Below, piece after piece: positions 37,621 through 49,278 of a DNA stretch of 64,000 bases (its first letter is position 1; each line of letters starts with the position of its first letter). Below the pieces are notes generated by a model. It saw only the letters and a list, made by a program, of their open reading frames with translations. It was not told the DNA's origin and searched no databases. The DNA comes from Octopus sinensis. Its lineage: Eukaryota. A program made the position numbers and the translations under genes. The stretch lies in NCBI RefSeq assembly GCF_006345805.1, contig NC_043001.1, forward strand, positions 4,650,001 through 4,714,000. The letters are read 5' to 3'.

Positions 37621-38186
37621 CAGTCGATTCTTCTTCAGCGATATATAGAAACACAGTGTTTATTGAGGCTTATTAAAAAATAATTAATAGCGCCTACATA
37701 TAGAAATTGCTACAGACAAAATATTTCGTCTCGGCCGGAATGCCTTTCACCATTGGTATACTCGATCAAAACTCATCACCGGTTAAACACACGAAAGGGA
37801 ATTCATAGAAGAGATTATTTACTTTCTCATTGTCTATATAGTCTATATAAAGCAAATAGTGAAGGCATCACAAAAATGCAGAAACATAAAACGGCGAAGA
37901 AAATGTTAGAAAACGGAATACGCATGAAACATATATTCGTTAGATATTAATTATTCGTTGTTTTGGTTTATTTATTTGGTAACAGATCAACCTCTCGTCT
38001 AGGTGTCGTGTTAATGAGTTGTGAATTATTTTTGCCTGAGGCAAATTTGAACATGTTCATATAAATTACTTTACACGACAAACGCGAAGTATTTTTCTTT
38101 TGTTTTGCATAATGTATCAGCAAATATCAACTTCACGTAATCTACCTTACTTATGTCTGGGAAAATTCCCAGGTGATTTACTACTA

Positions 38187-38271
<85 letters not shown>

Positions 38272-38360
38272 GAAGAAGAAGAGGAAGAGGAAGAAGAAGA
38301 AGAAGAAGAAGAGAAGAAGAAGAAGAAGAAGAAGAAGAAGAAGAAGAAGAAGAAGAAGAG
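38187..38360. repeat. Compound microsatellite (CTA)n-(TAA)n-(GAA)n
   Basis: Directly visible. Confidence 0.97.
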
Positions 38361-38559
38361 TGTTTTCAATATCAATTAGAAAGGTTCCTTGCAAACATTC
38401 GGGGCAATACAGGAAAATAAAACCTGGGGTTACAGCAAAGGCGTGTAAAAAGCAAACAAATAACAGTGACAAAATAACATTATACGACTGAATAACTCCC
38501 CAAAACGAGGCGTCTTATTTAGCCTGCCCGGGCAATGAAAGGTAAAAAGGTAAAACAAA

Positions 38560-39250
38560 AAATCACAGTCAACTTGGCCACTTGGGCTACTGCATTTCCC
38601 ATGTTGTTCTTCTTCAACCTACAAGTGCATGCTTAAGATACGTTCTTTCATTCGGACCATTCATGCAACGTTGCCCCAACTTCAACAAACTTGCTTAGAG
38701 GCAGCATTTCCCTTCCAACCTCCACTTTTCTTTGGAAGTTGAACTTGAAATTGCGGATGTCAATATGGCCGAAGTGGCAAGTATCTTTCGAAGTTTTCCA
38801 CTTTCACAAAGGCCACCAAGCAAACAAGATACGCCTGCCCTACATGGCAATGGAATGACGATCTTCAACACGGACTCAGACAGTAGCCGATCCGTCCTAA
38901 AAAAGACAACTGGCGTTCGACATTAACTGATAAGTCAGGCATGGTCGGACAGTAAAGGTGATTGTACAGAACAATTGTGTTGCTCTCATTTAAGTAATCC
39001 TCCATTCCTTGCTGTTAGCCAGAAATGGTGTGTAAATGATCATCAAATTTGCAATGTGGTTTGGTAACAAGTGAAATGATAATTCCTTAGCAAACGAGAA
39101 AAATTCTAAGAAGTGTTTTCTTCGGAAAGACAACATGAGTCAGATTACTTCGGCTATGAGTGACAAACATGTTTAGCCCCCAAAGAAAATGGATTGCTAT
39201 TTCTTTTGAGTAGAGTTTGCAGTTGGAACTCTCTCAAAATCAGTTTTGCA
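38560..39250 (-). mobile_element. Degenerate Tx1/L1-type LINE ORF2 C-terminus
   Basis: Broken frames ESNTIVLYNHLYCPTM (zinc-knuckle remnant), LSESVLKIV and FKFNFQRKVEVGREMLPLSKFVE..RILSMHL*. Family assignment is from recall. Confidence 0.5.
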
Positions 39251-41030
39251 AGAGGTACTCCCATAAAATATCTTGAAATATAAACATTCATCCAGGCAGC
39301 ATTTTAGGTTTTATATTTAATTTTATTTTATATTCAGTAAACAGAATACATCTCCCATCAAATATTTACCGAATGGAAATTGCAGAGAAACGAAACGCAT
39401 GTAACTCTCCCATTATTTCCATGAGTGATCAATCATATTCTTCGAGTTTTGCATTCCCTTTCATAGTTTTCGTTTATTGAAATGTATTTAGGATTGTGAC
39501 GCATTACACGCAGCTGCTTGACAGTGTCACATTATATTTAAACTTTAAGGATCACATTGACCAGTGAAATATCGGCTATGTTTGTGGCATATTTTCGTTT
39601 AAATTTCTTGAGTGGATACTTACAGTTGAAAACGGGAACCATTTAAAATATTTTAAATATGATGTCGAAATGTGTTTTCCAAAATTTGAAAAATAAATTA
39701 TGTAATGAAAGATTAGAAATATACTTTGTTATGATTCACTCACAAAACAGTGGTATTCAACAGTTATTATTTAGCTTCTATATAGTAACTAACTCACACT
39801 TAGAAAACATTTCAAGCTTTCCAAGTGAATTCCATACATGAATGAAGCTTCCGGTTACTTCTCTCTATATATTCCACAAAGATAATGTTTTTGTATATCA
39901 TATCATATATTGATCACGTTTTTCTATTGTATTTCGTATATTAATCATATTTTAATAATCTCATCTCTGCACGTAGTCTGTTAGCCCCAGGTTTTAGAAA
40001 AACAGCAATAACAACGTAGTCTGTGATTTACGTAGTCTGTGCATATAACATGCAACAAATTCTGTAAACATTTATTATAATGATAAGTATCTGAGGAGTC
40101 CAGCCAGTATTATTTCCTTTGGTAACTACACTTGTAATATAATTGTATTTATCATACGGCAGAATTACATTGTTACAAGTTCCATGGATTTCAACATTAA
40201 CATAAAATTTCGTATGGACATTGTATTTGCTTTACAGAAGAACATCTCTTGAATATGTTTCTCTGTAAACAATAAAGTCTGAAAGATCTTCGGTTCTTGT
40301 TGCCTTTACAAATAATTGCTTCTCTCATGTCCGTCATATCAAGTGCAAGTTTATAGATTTAAACCGGCGACGCCATTGTGAAGTTGTACAATGTTTCCAG
40401 AAATATATTCAAGAGACGCACGAGATACTTTATATAAATATTATCTAAACTATTTCAAAACAAACGCTTTAAGGAACTTAATATCTACACTATTGCAACG
40501 AACTATTGACTGCTTCAAATTGTCCCGAATTGGTATAAGCATACAATACAGTTAATGACTGTGGTGATATCATATTGCCTACTAGATATTTAATAGGTTT
40601 CCTTATGTGAGAAACCAATTTATTATCACTCGCAATATTGCCTCTGAATCAAGCAGTAACTGAGAATATTTCAATAAGTAGTTGTGGAAGTACGTTATGA
40701 AACCATTTTTTTAAAATGCAACTGACGCCGAGACTGCAGCTTTTAGAGATTTCTGAGAGCACTGACAACACTCACACTCCCAAACACGCACACACATTCA
40801 AACACAAATGCACACGCAGGTAACACGTATGTGTTCGGATAAAGTACAAACAAATCTATCTATTTATTTATAAGTCTCTGTATCTTTCTCTCTTTCTTTC
40901 TTTCTCTTTCCATATATATATATATATATATAACGGGAAGCTTTATGAAAATAAACAAAAGACGAAGGCAGGTGGAAAACAAACGAACAATTGTATTAGT
41001 ATGGCGCTCAGGAAATATAAATAAAACAAG

Positions 41031-41068
41031 TCTTTAACGTTTCGAGCCTACGCTCTTCAACAGAAAGA
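41031..41068 (-). ncRNA. Minimal type-I hammerhead-like motif, core CTGTTGA (A6U)
   Basis: TCTTT CTGTTGA A GAGC gtag GCTC GAA ACGT T AAAGA; all stems pair perfectly. Confidence 0.55.
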
Positions 41069-41249
41069 TACACAGAGAGAGAAAAACACAGAAAGAAGGA
41101 GAGAAAAAAATGCGTGCAGTAGCTAACGAATCAACATGGCGATCTGATTTCGGCCAGAGGCCAAAGATCAAACATGAGACGCGAGAGCGAAATAAGGGGA
41201 GATAATAGGGTTGATAAAAGGGTTGAGGGACCAGCTAATAGTACGTGGG

Positions 41250-41580
41250 AGGGGTCTGGATGTGTGTATGTATAGGGTTGGTGTATGTATTAGTATGTAT
41301 AAGGGTGTGCGTGTGTGTGTGTGTGTGTGTATGAGAGAGTATTAGTGCGTAGGATTGGTCTGGACGTGCGTATGTATGGGGTTGGTGTATGTATTAGTAT
41401 GTATTAGTATGTATTAGTACGTATTGGTATGTATAGGTGTGTGTGTGTGTGTGTGAGAGAGAGTATAAGTACGTATGCGGGGTCTGGACTTGTGTATGTA
41501 TAGGGTTGGTGTAAGTATTAGTATGTACTAGTATGTATTAGTACGTATTAGCATGTATTAGTTGGTGTGTGTATTAGTAT
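41250..41580. repeat. Imperfect tandem repeat, three units of about 105-125 bp with internal (TAGTATGTAT)n
   Basis: ggtctgga...tatagggttggtgta recurs at about 41253, 41357 and 41480. Confidence 0.8.
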
Positions 41581-41624
41581 GGCACATCATATGTGATGTG
41601 ATGTGTAAAGTCATGTGGTGTAGT

Positions 41625-41940
41625 GAGGAGAAGAGGGGGAGGGGGAGAAGAGGGGGAGGAAGGGAGGGGAAGAAGACGGGGAAGGGGAAGAGGAGAGGAT
41701 GGGGGAGAAGGAAGGGGATGAGGGGGATGAAGGAGGAAAGAGGGAGAGGGGGAGAGCGAAGGGAGAGAGGGAGTGTGGGAGCATAGGGAAGGGGAAGAGG
41801 GAGGGAGGAGAGGGAGGGAGGAAGAGGGAAGAAGGAAGGGGAGTAGGGGTGAAAGGATGAATGACTGAAGAAGTAGGGTCGGGGGAGAAAGGATAGGTGA
41901 GGAGGGGGGAGAAGGGGTTAGATGAGGAGGGGGGGAGAGT
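41625..41940 (+). repeat. G/A-rich polypurine tract
   Basis: About 310 bp almost exclusively G and A, with many GGG runs. Confidence 0.95.
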
Positions 41941-42539
41941 TGAGACACATGGCGTATAGAGCGAAGAGAGAAGATTAATCCTGTTCACGGCGCAAACGGG
42001 AATCCGGATGGCCTCTGTGTAAGGACAAACCGAACACAGATAGGTGTTGCAAGGAGTGACCGGTGGAGCGGAAATGGCGTGAGACCGGTGTGTCGTTCGC
42101 AGGTGATGTCACGAAGGTGTTCCGCGAACCGGTCAGCCAAGCGGCGTCCGTTTGTCCGATTACAAGGATTGCAGAGAGAGCAAGAGATGCAATAGATAAT
42201 ATTGCTGGAGGTGCAGGTGAAGGAGTGGATGATGGGATAGGGTCGATGGTGGGTGCTAGTGAGGCGGGTGGTTTGGAGAGGTAAGGGCAAGTCCGGCACG
42301 TGGGCGGGAGCAGGGGAACGAGCCGGGTTGGGAGGTAGGGTCAGGAAAGGAGCTATGGACCAAAGGTCTCGAAGGTTGTGGGCTCGTTTGAAAGAGAGGA
42401 GGGGTCGGTTAGGGCAAGGTGTGAAATGGACGGTTCGGACTGGAGATGACAGAAAGCTCGAAGAATGGTGCGTTGGAGACGTAGGATCGTGGGGTGGTAA
42501 GTGAGGGGAAATTGAGTTTGGGGTATCGCACGAGTGGAA

Positions 42540-43150
42540 TTATATACGAAAGAAGGTTTGAAAATGCAATTTAAAAGATGTTTATTTACTTAACCGGTTT
42601 CACTCTTTGGAAACAGTTTGTCAAAAGTAACATATGGAAGTTTGGTTGCGTTAATTATTGTTTGTTTCAAATTGCCACATTACATGTATATATACAGTCT
42701 TTGATAACAGGGACATGTTAAGGACATAAAAAAGTACAACAGTATGATGAGAATATTTAAAAAAATGGGCAGAAAAGATTAAAACAAATATATTATACAT
42801 CTCAGGGTAATTGCCAGGAGGAATTATCAAAAAAAGTTCAGTACAGAATATTATGAATTCAAACAAATTTAGATTAAGATTTACATTAATGTAGTGGCGA
42901 GGTTGTTTACTGACCTGTCCGTTTTAGCAGCTGCTAAAACGGACAAGTCAGTAAACAAACAATATTTTTCAAATATTCTCATCATACTGTTGTACTTTTT
43001 TATGTCCTTAACATGTCCCTGTTAGCAAATACTGTATATATACATGTAATGTACAATTTGCAACAACCAATAATTAGCGCAACCAAACTTCTACATGTTA
43101 CTTTTGACAATCTTTTCCCAAAGAGTGAAACCCTTCTTTCGTTATATATT
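42540..43150. repeat. Foldback element with arms of about 165 bp and an inner 56-bp palindrome
   Basis: 42596-42763 pairs with 42966-43132; the inner palindrome at 42903-42958 has one mismatch. Both ends are TA-rich. Confidence 0.9.
42586..42630 (-). ncRNA. Minimal type-I hammerhead-like motif with U3:A8 core
   Basis: TTACTT TTGACAA ACTGTT tcca AAGAGT GAA ACCGGT T AAGTAA. Confidence 0.55.
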
Positions 43151-43153
43151 ATA

Positions 43154-43195
<42 letters not shown>

Positions 43196-43213
43196 ATATA
43201 TAATATATAATAT

Positions 43214-43247
<34 letters not shown>

Positions 43248-43269
43248 ATATATTATATATATATGTATA

Positions 43270-43440
43270 TATACATACATACATACATTTTTTTCTCTCC
43301 TTGTTTCTTTCTTTGTTCCTCTCTGTGCAAGAACGTAGGCTCGAAATATTATAAACTCTTTTCAATTACCGAGCGTTATACTAATGCATCAGTTTGTTTT
43401 GTACACTACCTGTCCTCCTGTTTTTTTAATTCTAGCCACA
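43270..43440 (+). mobile_element. Decayed Penelope-type terminal repeat
   Basis: ctgtgcaagaacgtaggctcgaaat, homologous to the 40930-41160 family. Confidence 0.6.
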
Positions 43441-43547
43441 TATATATAAATTAAATAATCTTATGTATTGGCTTAAGTTTTTCATTGTTTGATTTGCCTA
43501 ATAGTGGTTTTGTCTCTAATTTAATATAATATAATATATATATATAT

Positions 43548-43725
43548 AGTGAGAATTTACAGAAAACAAAAGTCGAATACGGGTGTGTAAACAACAAATA
43601 GGTGCATTTGTTTAACGCTCGGGAAGTGAAAAAGTCTTTTACGTTTCGAGCCTACGCTCTTCGACAGAAAGAAACACAGAAATAAACAGGGAGAGAAAGT
43701 AAAAAAAGGCTTAGAGGCTAGCGAA
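43548..43725 (-). mobile_element. Penelope-type solo terminal repeat inside (TA)n
   Basis: Homologous to 40930-41160, with (TA)n on both sides. Confidence 0.7.
43635..43672 (-). ncRNA. Minimal type-I hammerhead-like motif, core CTGTCGA, GUA triplet
   Basis: TCTTT CTGTCGA A GAGC gtag GCTC GAA ACGT A AAAGA. Confidence 0.55.
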
Positions 43726-44627
43726 CTATTATTTATATATATATATAAAGCTGGCTGCGCACCTGAATGGCCAAAGCTTTAGAGCTGAAGCGTATAATGA
43801 AATAAAAGAATGCATACATACACACGCAAACACATATATTCGGTATATACATGTATGTGTAAGTGTGTGTGTGTGTGTTTGTATTTTTGCATCTATTTCC
43901 ACATAGTGTTTACGTATGAGGATCCGTCAAACAACGCTTTCTTTCTCAGTTATAATGGTAATGTCGAATGTAATGTTCGCGTCCAGCTAATGATCTGAAA
44001 AGAGCCCGCATATGTTGCAAGTATGAGGGTTAAGTTTCAAAGCATGCTGTATATTTGTAGTCGCAGTTCTTCTTTGCGTGCAGCACTTAGCCTGATAATA
44101 ATGTTTGAGACAAACATTTTATTCGCTCCAATATTGTTTGCTTAAGGGTTCTGTGAGATACAGTGAGAGTTTACTATTTAGATTATCCTTACTTCTGAGT
44201 CAGAACTTTGCATATTTTAGGATTTTTCTTGGGGTGTCAGGGGAATGTTGAACAGGCGCCCTACGCCAGACGCCTCAGATTTGCTTAGGAGAAGGGCAAT
44301 GTTGGTGCTCAGTTCCGGCTCCTTTATATTGGTGGGTCACTTCCGGTTCATTTCTATTTGAGCTCTTATCATTCATCCATGTTTTATGAGAGCGAATACA
44401 CGAATAATCCAAAGAATTCGCTCGCAATATTACGTAAGCGGTAACAATGAAACCGGGTATGTGACTAATCTTTATATTTCGTGTCTTTTCATTTCTGTTG
44501 CTCGCTTACATTCTGGCGTTTGCTGAATTTTCTTGAGAAATATATGTTCTTAGTTTAGTCAGACCATTTGGGGTCTACATCTACCATAATGGATGTCCAC
44601 TTAGTGGTAACCCCGCTTATACGTATG

Positions 44628-44661
<34 letters not shown>

Positions 44662-45704
44662 GTGTAAAATAATGCGCTTAAATGTGGAGCTCAAAGCTTA
44701 TAAAGCTATATATTATAACTTAAAGCTAATGAGGTGGAAAATTATTGAGGGATGGATACACAACACATCCCCTCATACTCTAAAAGTTTAAGAGGCACTT
44801 CACGTTTATACCGAAGCAGCACTTCGAACTTATCAATATTTTACAAGCTTAATTCTTACCTGCGAAAATTGTTCTCTATTTACAATGGATATATTAAGTG
44901 ATAAGAGATATATTTTTATTTACATTGAAATTCGAAATATGATATCTGTGATATCAACATAGGATATGAGTTCCAATCACGAAACAAAATTTTGTTTTTT
45001 TCATCAAAATGTTTTTACTCCTATATCATACCTACTTGTATTAAAACATTTTGCGCTTCATACTCAACATTTAACATTTAAAATCTACTTATTTATTTCT
45101 GAGTTTCTAAACTCTTAGAAAGTAAACACAGATGCATGCATATTTATAAGTTACCCACTCACACGTATATATACAATATTATGTAGATGGATATTCATAA
45201 ACATATATATACGCAAATACATGCATATACATTCATATATATATATAAACACATACATACACGAATAATCCAAAGTTATTCTATTTCGCTCGAATGAGAA
45301 GGCCAAAGGTTAGCTTCAAATTCTTGTCTGTCCAAATACATATTTGCTGCAACAATAGCTCCAAGACGTATTGAAGGCGCATGATAGGAAATTCTTGAAT
45401 CATGTACATCATTAACATTATAGAAGAACATACTTCTAGAGCAAGATAAACATTGTGGCCATTTTAGATCTTGCTTGAAGCTAAATTTGATATTACATAG
45501 CTTTCCATTGCTTTTGTAAAATTGTGTTGATATTCCATAGGGAATAAATTAATCTGATCTTACGTTCACTTAGTATATACAGCTCTACCAAATGCTAAAA
45601 TATGGTGTTCAGACTGCACAAAATGTTGAAGTTTTAGACTTCTATATTGATTTAATACTTCATGTGTAAAACGTATCATAGTTTTTCTCAAATTTCTTTT
45701 CTAG

Positions 45705-45790
45705 ACACAACTCAACAACCGTTAGCTTTGATTCTAATTTTCAAACTGGAAACACACTGCGACATTCGAAATCTCATCGGAAAATGTAAG
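45705..45790 (+). other. Candidate 86-nt exon, coding status unknown
   Basis: Acceptor tttcttttctag| and donor AAG|GTGAGT. One frame is fully open (TTQQPLALILIFKLETHCDIRNLIGKCK). Confidence 0.3.
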
Positions 45791-46756
45791 GTGAGTATTG
45801 TAATACAAAAATAAATTTTTGAATATTTGGCAAATTAATTTAATATTTCAGATCAAACATTTTCAAACTACAAAAGGGATATTGAAATAAGAATTAAATA
45901 AGGTAATTCTATTTTACATCCTTTATCTTTCCTTTCTCTCATTCTCTGCGCAAGACACATTCATATAATTTTTCGGATTTCGAAATGCCTGGTTCTTGCA
46001 GGTGTGTAGGTTTATGTTTAAGTTTGGAGGTAATGTTTTGTCTTTTTCCACACAACCTCATTAATAGGTAAATTTCTATATGTCCTTTATCATTTTAAAT
46101 TCATCCAAACTACATATTTTGCGGAATACTTATTTCATGATTCGCCAATAATTTCCACTTCAAATTTAATTTAATATTGGACACATAAATTCACGCTAAA
46201 TATTTGTAAAAGCGGAATGCAATCTCGTAACAGAGCTTCAACACATTTGTCGTTCGGTTCTCACAAATATCTTACAAATATCTTCTTTATTTAGACATTC
46301 TACTTCATTTATCACTACACTCACAGAAATAATTACAAAAATAATATATAACTCATAATTAAGCAAATCCATGCCATTATTGACTCCCTAAATGTCATTT
46401 GGCATCTAGGATGTATTTATCAAAGCAGAATAATGAAAATCCACTTTCACCGTTGAATTCAAATATTGTGTTAAACGCATCATCTCATTTACAAAGAAAC
46501 AAAGCCTGCATCCGTCCAAATATTTAATGAAATATATTTTCAGCATTTTCTTTAACGCAAGAGATATAGACATTACATTGAATAAGGAATATCTTTGCAC
46601 TTGACAGTATTACAAAGTCTACTACAATGCTCATTATATCTTGTGGTCAAAAATATCTTGAGCAAGAACAAGGATAATAACTCTGTGACTGAAAGGAAAA
46701 GTGTTCGTGGTCAATAAAATTAAAATTGAAATTAACGAATTCTGTCTGCATTTCAG

Positions 46757-46854
46757 TGGATAGAGTAAAAAGTTTCGAGCCACCGAATATTTTCGAATCA
46801 AGATAATGCCAGGATCCGTAAAACTCCGAATCCGCCCTACAAAAACAAAATCAG
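46757..46854 (+). other. Candidate 98-nt exon, possibly starting MPGSVKLRIRPTKTKS at 46806
   Basis: Acceptor tctgtctgcatttcag| and donor CAG|GTAAGT. All three frames are closed upstream of the ATG. Confidence 0.28.
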
Positions 46855-47793
46855 GTAAGTCTGAAACGAAATAGATGGTGGAATGCATTTCTACGATTCA
46901 AAGCCGAAGTACGCATACAAGGTTCGAACAATGCTGATTCAACCTATTCGGCACCTACCTCACTATTGCTGCTTCTATAAGATTTTTTGCCAATCGAATA
47001 ACTATAGCACGCTAAGAGCAACCGGTTGAGAACAGTAATAGAAACGGATTGTTTTCAAGAATATGTTACCTGCTTCCATGCTCACAGTCTTCACTAGATT
47101 TATGCTGGCAAACACGAAATGAAAAGCATAGCTGTAAAACTATTGACATTAAGGTAGTTTGTATAATTAATAACCTCATCCAATTACAGGTAATTCAATT
47201 TATTATCAACATTAAATATAAAAATCATCTTCTGCATTTGAATCAAGAAGCCATGTAAATTAAAATTTGTAATATTGTTATGAATGAGATTCAAATAAAT
47301 ACATTTTATAATTACTATATGTCAACATTTAGAATTTATAAATTTAATTATACAATAGATTTATCATATAATAGTATATTAAAATTGTATGACATTATTC
47401 GCAGATAATATAACATAGTCTTATGTAATTTCATTAAGAGTGTAAACGTGCAGGATTCAGAGAGTCATGTGATATATCTACCTACGTTCAAGGATTCCAA
47501 ACAAGCAGAAAATCAGCTCATCGGGAATTTTATTTCGCAAGAACTAAATGTGTGCTGACGTATCTGCACAAACCGAAAACCTAATTAAACCGACATTCGT
47601 GATCATATATATATGTAACAAATGAGTTTAGCCCAATAATTATTTGCTGAAACTAGAGACGTAGACGTTTTCATTTTAGCATTAATTTATGCAGCTTGAA
47701 ACATATACAGCACTCACAACTGTTCCAAATATTATCTTTCCTTTAAAGAACCGTTCTTTAATTACGCTTTAATCTGATTTCTATTGTTTTCAG

Positions 47794-47865
47794 TTACCTA
47801 TATTTATAAATTTATTGCTGCTTCAGTTAGTGATCGAAACAATTATAGAGGATTAAAATGTAAAA
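47794..47865 (+). CDS. Candidate 72-nt phase 1-1 exon, (V)TYIYKFIAASVSDRNNYRGLKCK (unverified)
   Basis: Acceptor ttctattgttttcag| and donor AAA|GTATGT, in phase with 46806-46854. Confidence 0.25.
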
Positions 47866-48779
47866 GTATGTCCCAAACAAATTTAACTGATGCAAAATAA
47901 TGCATGATTCTTTTAAATATCCATATATCTAGTTTATGTTAGAATTCAAGACACTACACAATGAGATAGTAGAGGCGTAAGGGGGTCGGACAAAAGGCAA
48001 TGCAGCATTGTTACCGTTTGAATTCAGATCACATAGATGTCCACTTTGCCTTCTGGTTTTGGAATAGATAAAATAACGTACAAGGGTGGATGATATCACA
48101 TTCTACCCTTCCCTCACAAACCGGCTGGAATTGAACCCTGCAACAGATCGCTGTCACACTCAAGGCGAAACGTTTTGATATCTTGCTTATCCATCGTGGA
48201 AAACTTTTAACCAGTTTTATGACTCCACTGGCGCAAGAAGATCTTTTTAAAATGTTATTCCCTTACCTAAAATATAAATGGAATATATTGCATTTTGTCG
48301 TTTCTAAAATAGTCCAAAATGTCATACAGTTAATATCAATAATTTGATTTGGGGAGAGCTATAACTGGCACAGATATATATGGAAATAGTGGTCAAATAA
48401 ATGTTAACCTTTGACATAACGTAGCGATCATTTTAGGAGTCAACATATCTAACATTTCTAATACCATTCTACTTTATAACCTGTTCAGTATGCTTTGAAA
48501 AAGGACAGTAATTTAATTTCAGTCCATTTACATGTGCTAAAATGGAAAACATATTCGTGTCAGATCTTCACCTATCTAATTCAGTGTAATGAATTTAATC
48601 ATGCGTAATTACAAGACAAATAGCAATAAACAAAAATCAATCCTGCCAATGTTACAAATGTTGAAGAAATTGCGTGAGTTATCTTTCTAATACCATTCTA
48701 CTTTATAACCTACACCTCTGTATACGACAGTGAATGCTTAAGTACAAGAGCATTTATATTCACCTACTCACAATATAGG

Positions 48780-48788
48780 TGTATACAA

Positions 48789-48821
<33 letters not shown>

Positions 48822-48823
48822 AG

Positions 48824-48855
<32 letters not shown>

Positions 48856-48860
48856 TATAT

Positions 48861-48910
<50 letters not shown>

Positions 48911-48935
48911 CCACACACATATATATAATATATAT

Positions 48936-48969
<34 letters not shown>

Positions 48970-49000
48970 ATATATATATATATATACACATATATATATC
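48780..49000. repeat. (TA)n/(CA)n microsatellite
   Basis: Directly visible. Confidence 0.95.
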
Positions 49001-49278
49001 GAAACGCGGAGTAGATGAAAGAGATGCGGCTGAAGAAGGGGAAATTTTCTTGTGCTGTATGTCTTGTTCTCTATTTTTTCGTTGTTCAAGAAAAATGTCC
49101 ATTTCCTTGGTTTTGCGTTTATGTCTTCGTTTCTCATTGTGTTCGACGTATTTTTTGTTGGTGTCCTGTACCCATATATGCATGTATTTATTCATATAGA
49201 TGTAGGTACGTACATATATGTATGTATATATGCATATGTTTTATTTATTAATTTGTTATATATATATATATATATATA

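Larger units (their letters stand above)
40930..42560 (-). mobile_element. Penelope-like element 3' half: GIY-YIG endonuclease, low-complexity 3' region and terminal repeat
   Basis: LTYHPT..., SFKRAHNLRD, CSRPR(C)RTCP and SFTCTSSNIIYCISCSLC...GRRLADRFAEHLRDI. Terminal repeat at 40930-41160. Confidence 0.85.

Noticed and set aside
38732-38926. Host exon in a GC-richer island
   Set aside because: The opposite strand is better explained as a Tx1-type LINE C-terminus.
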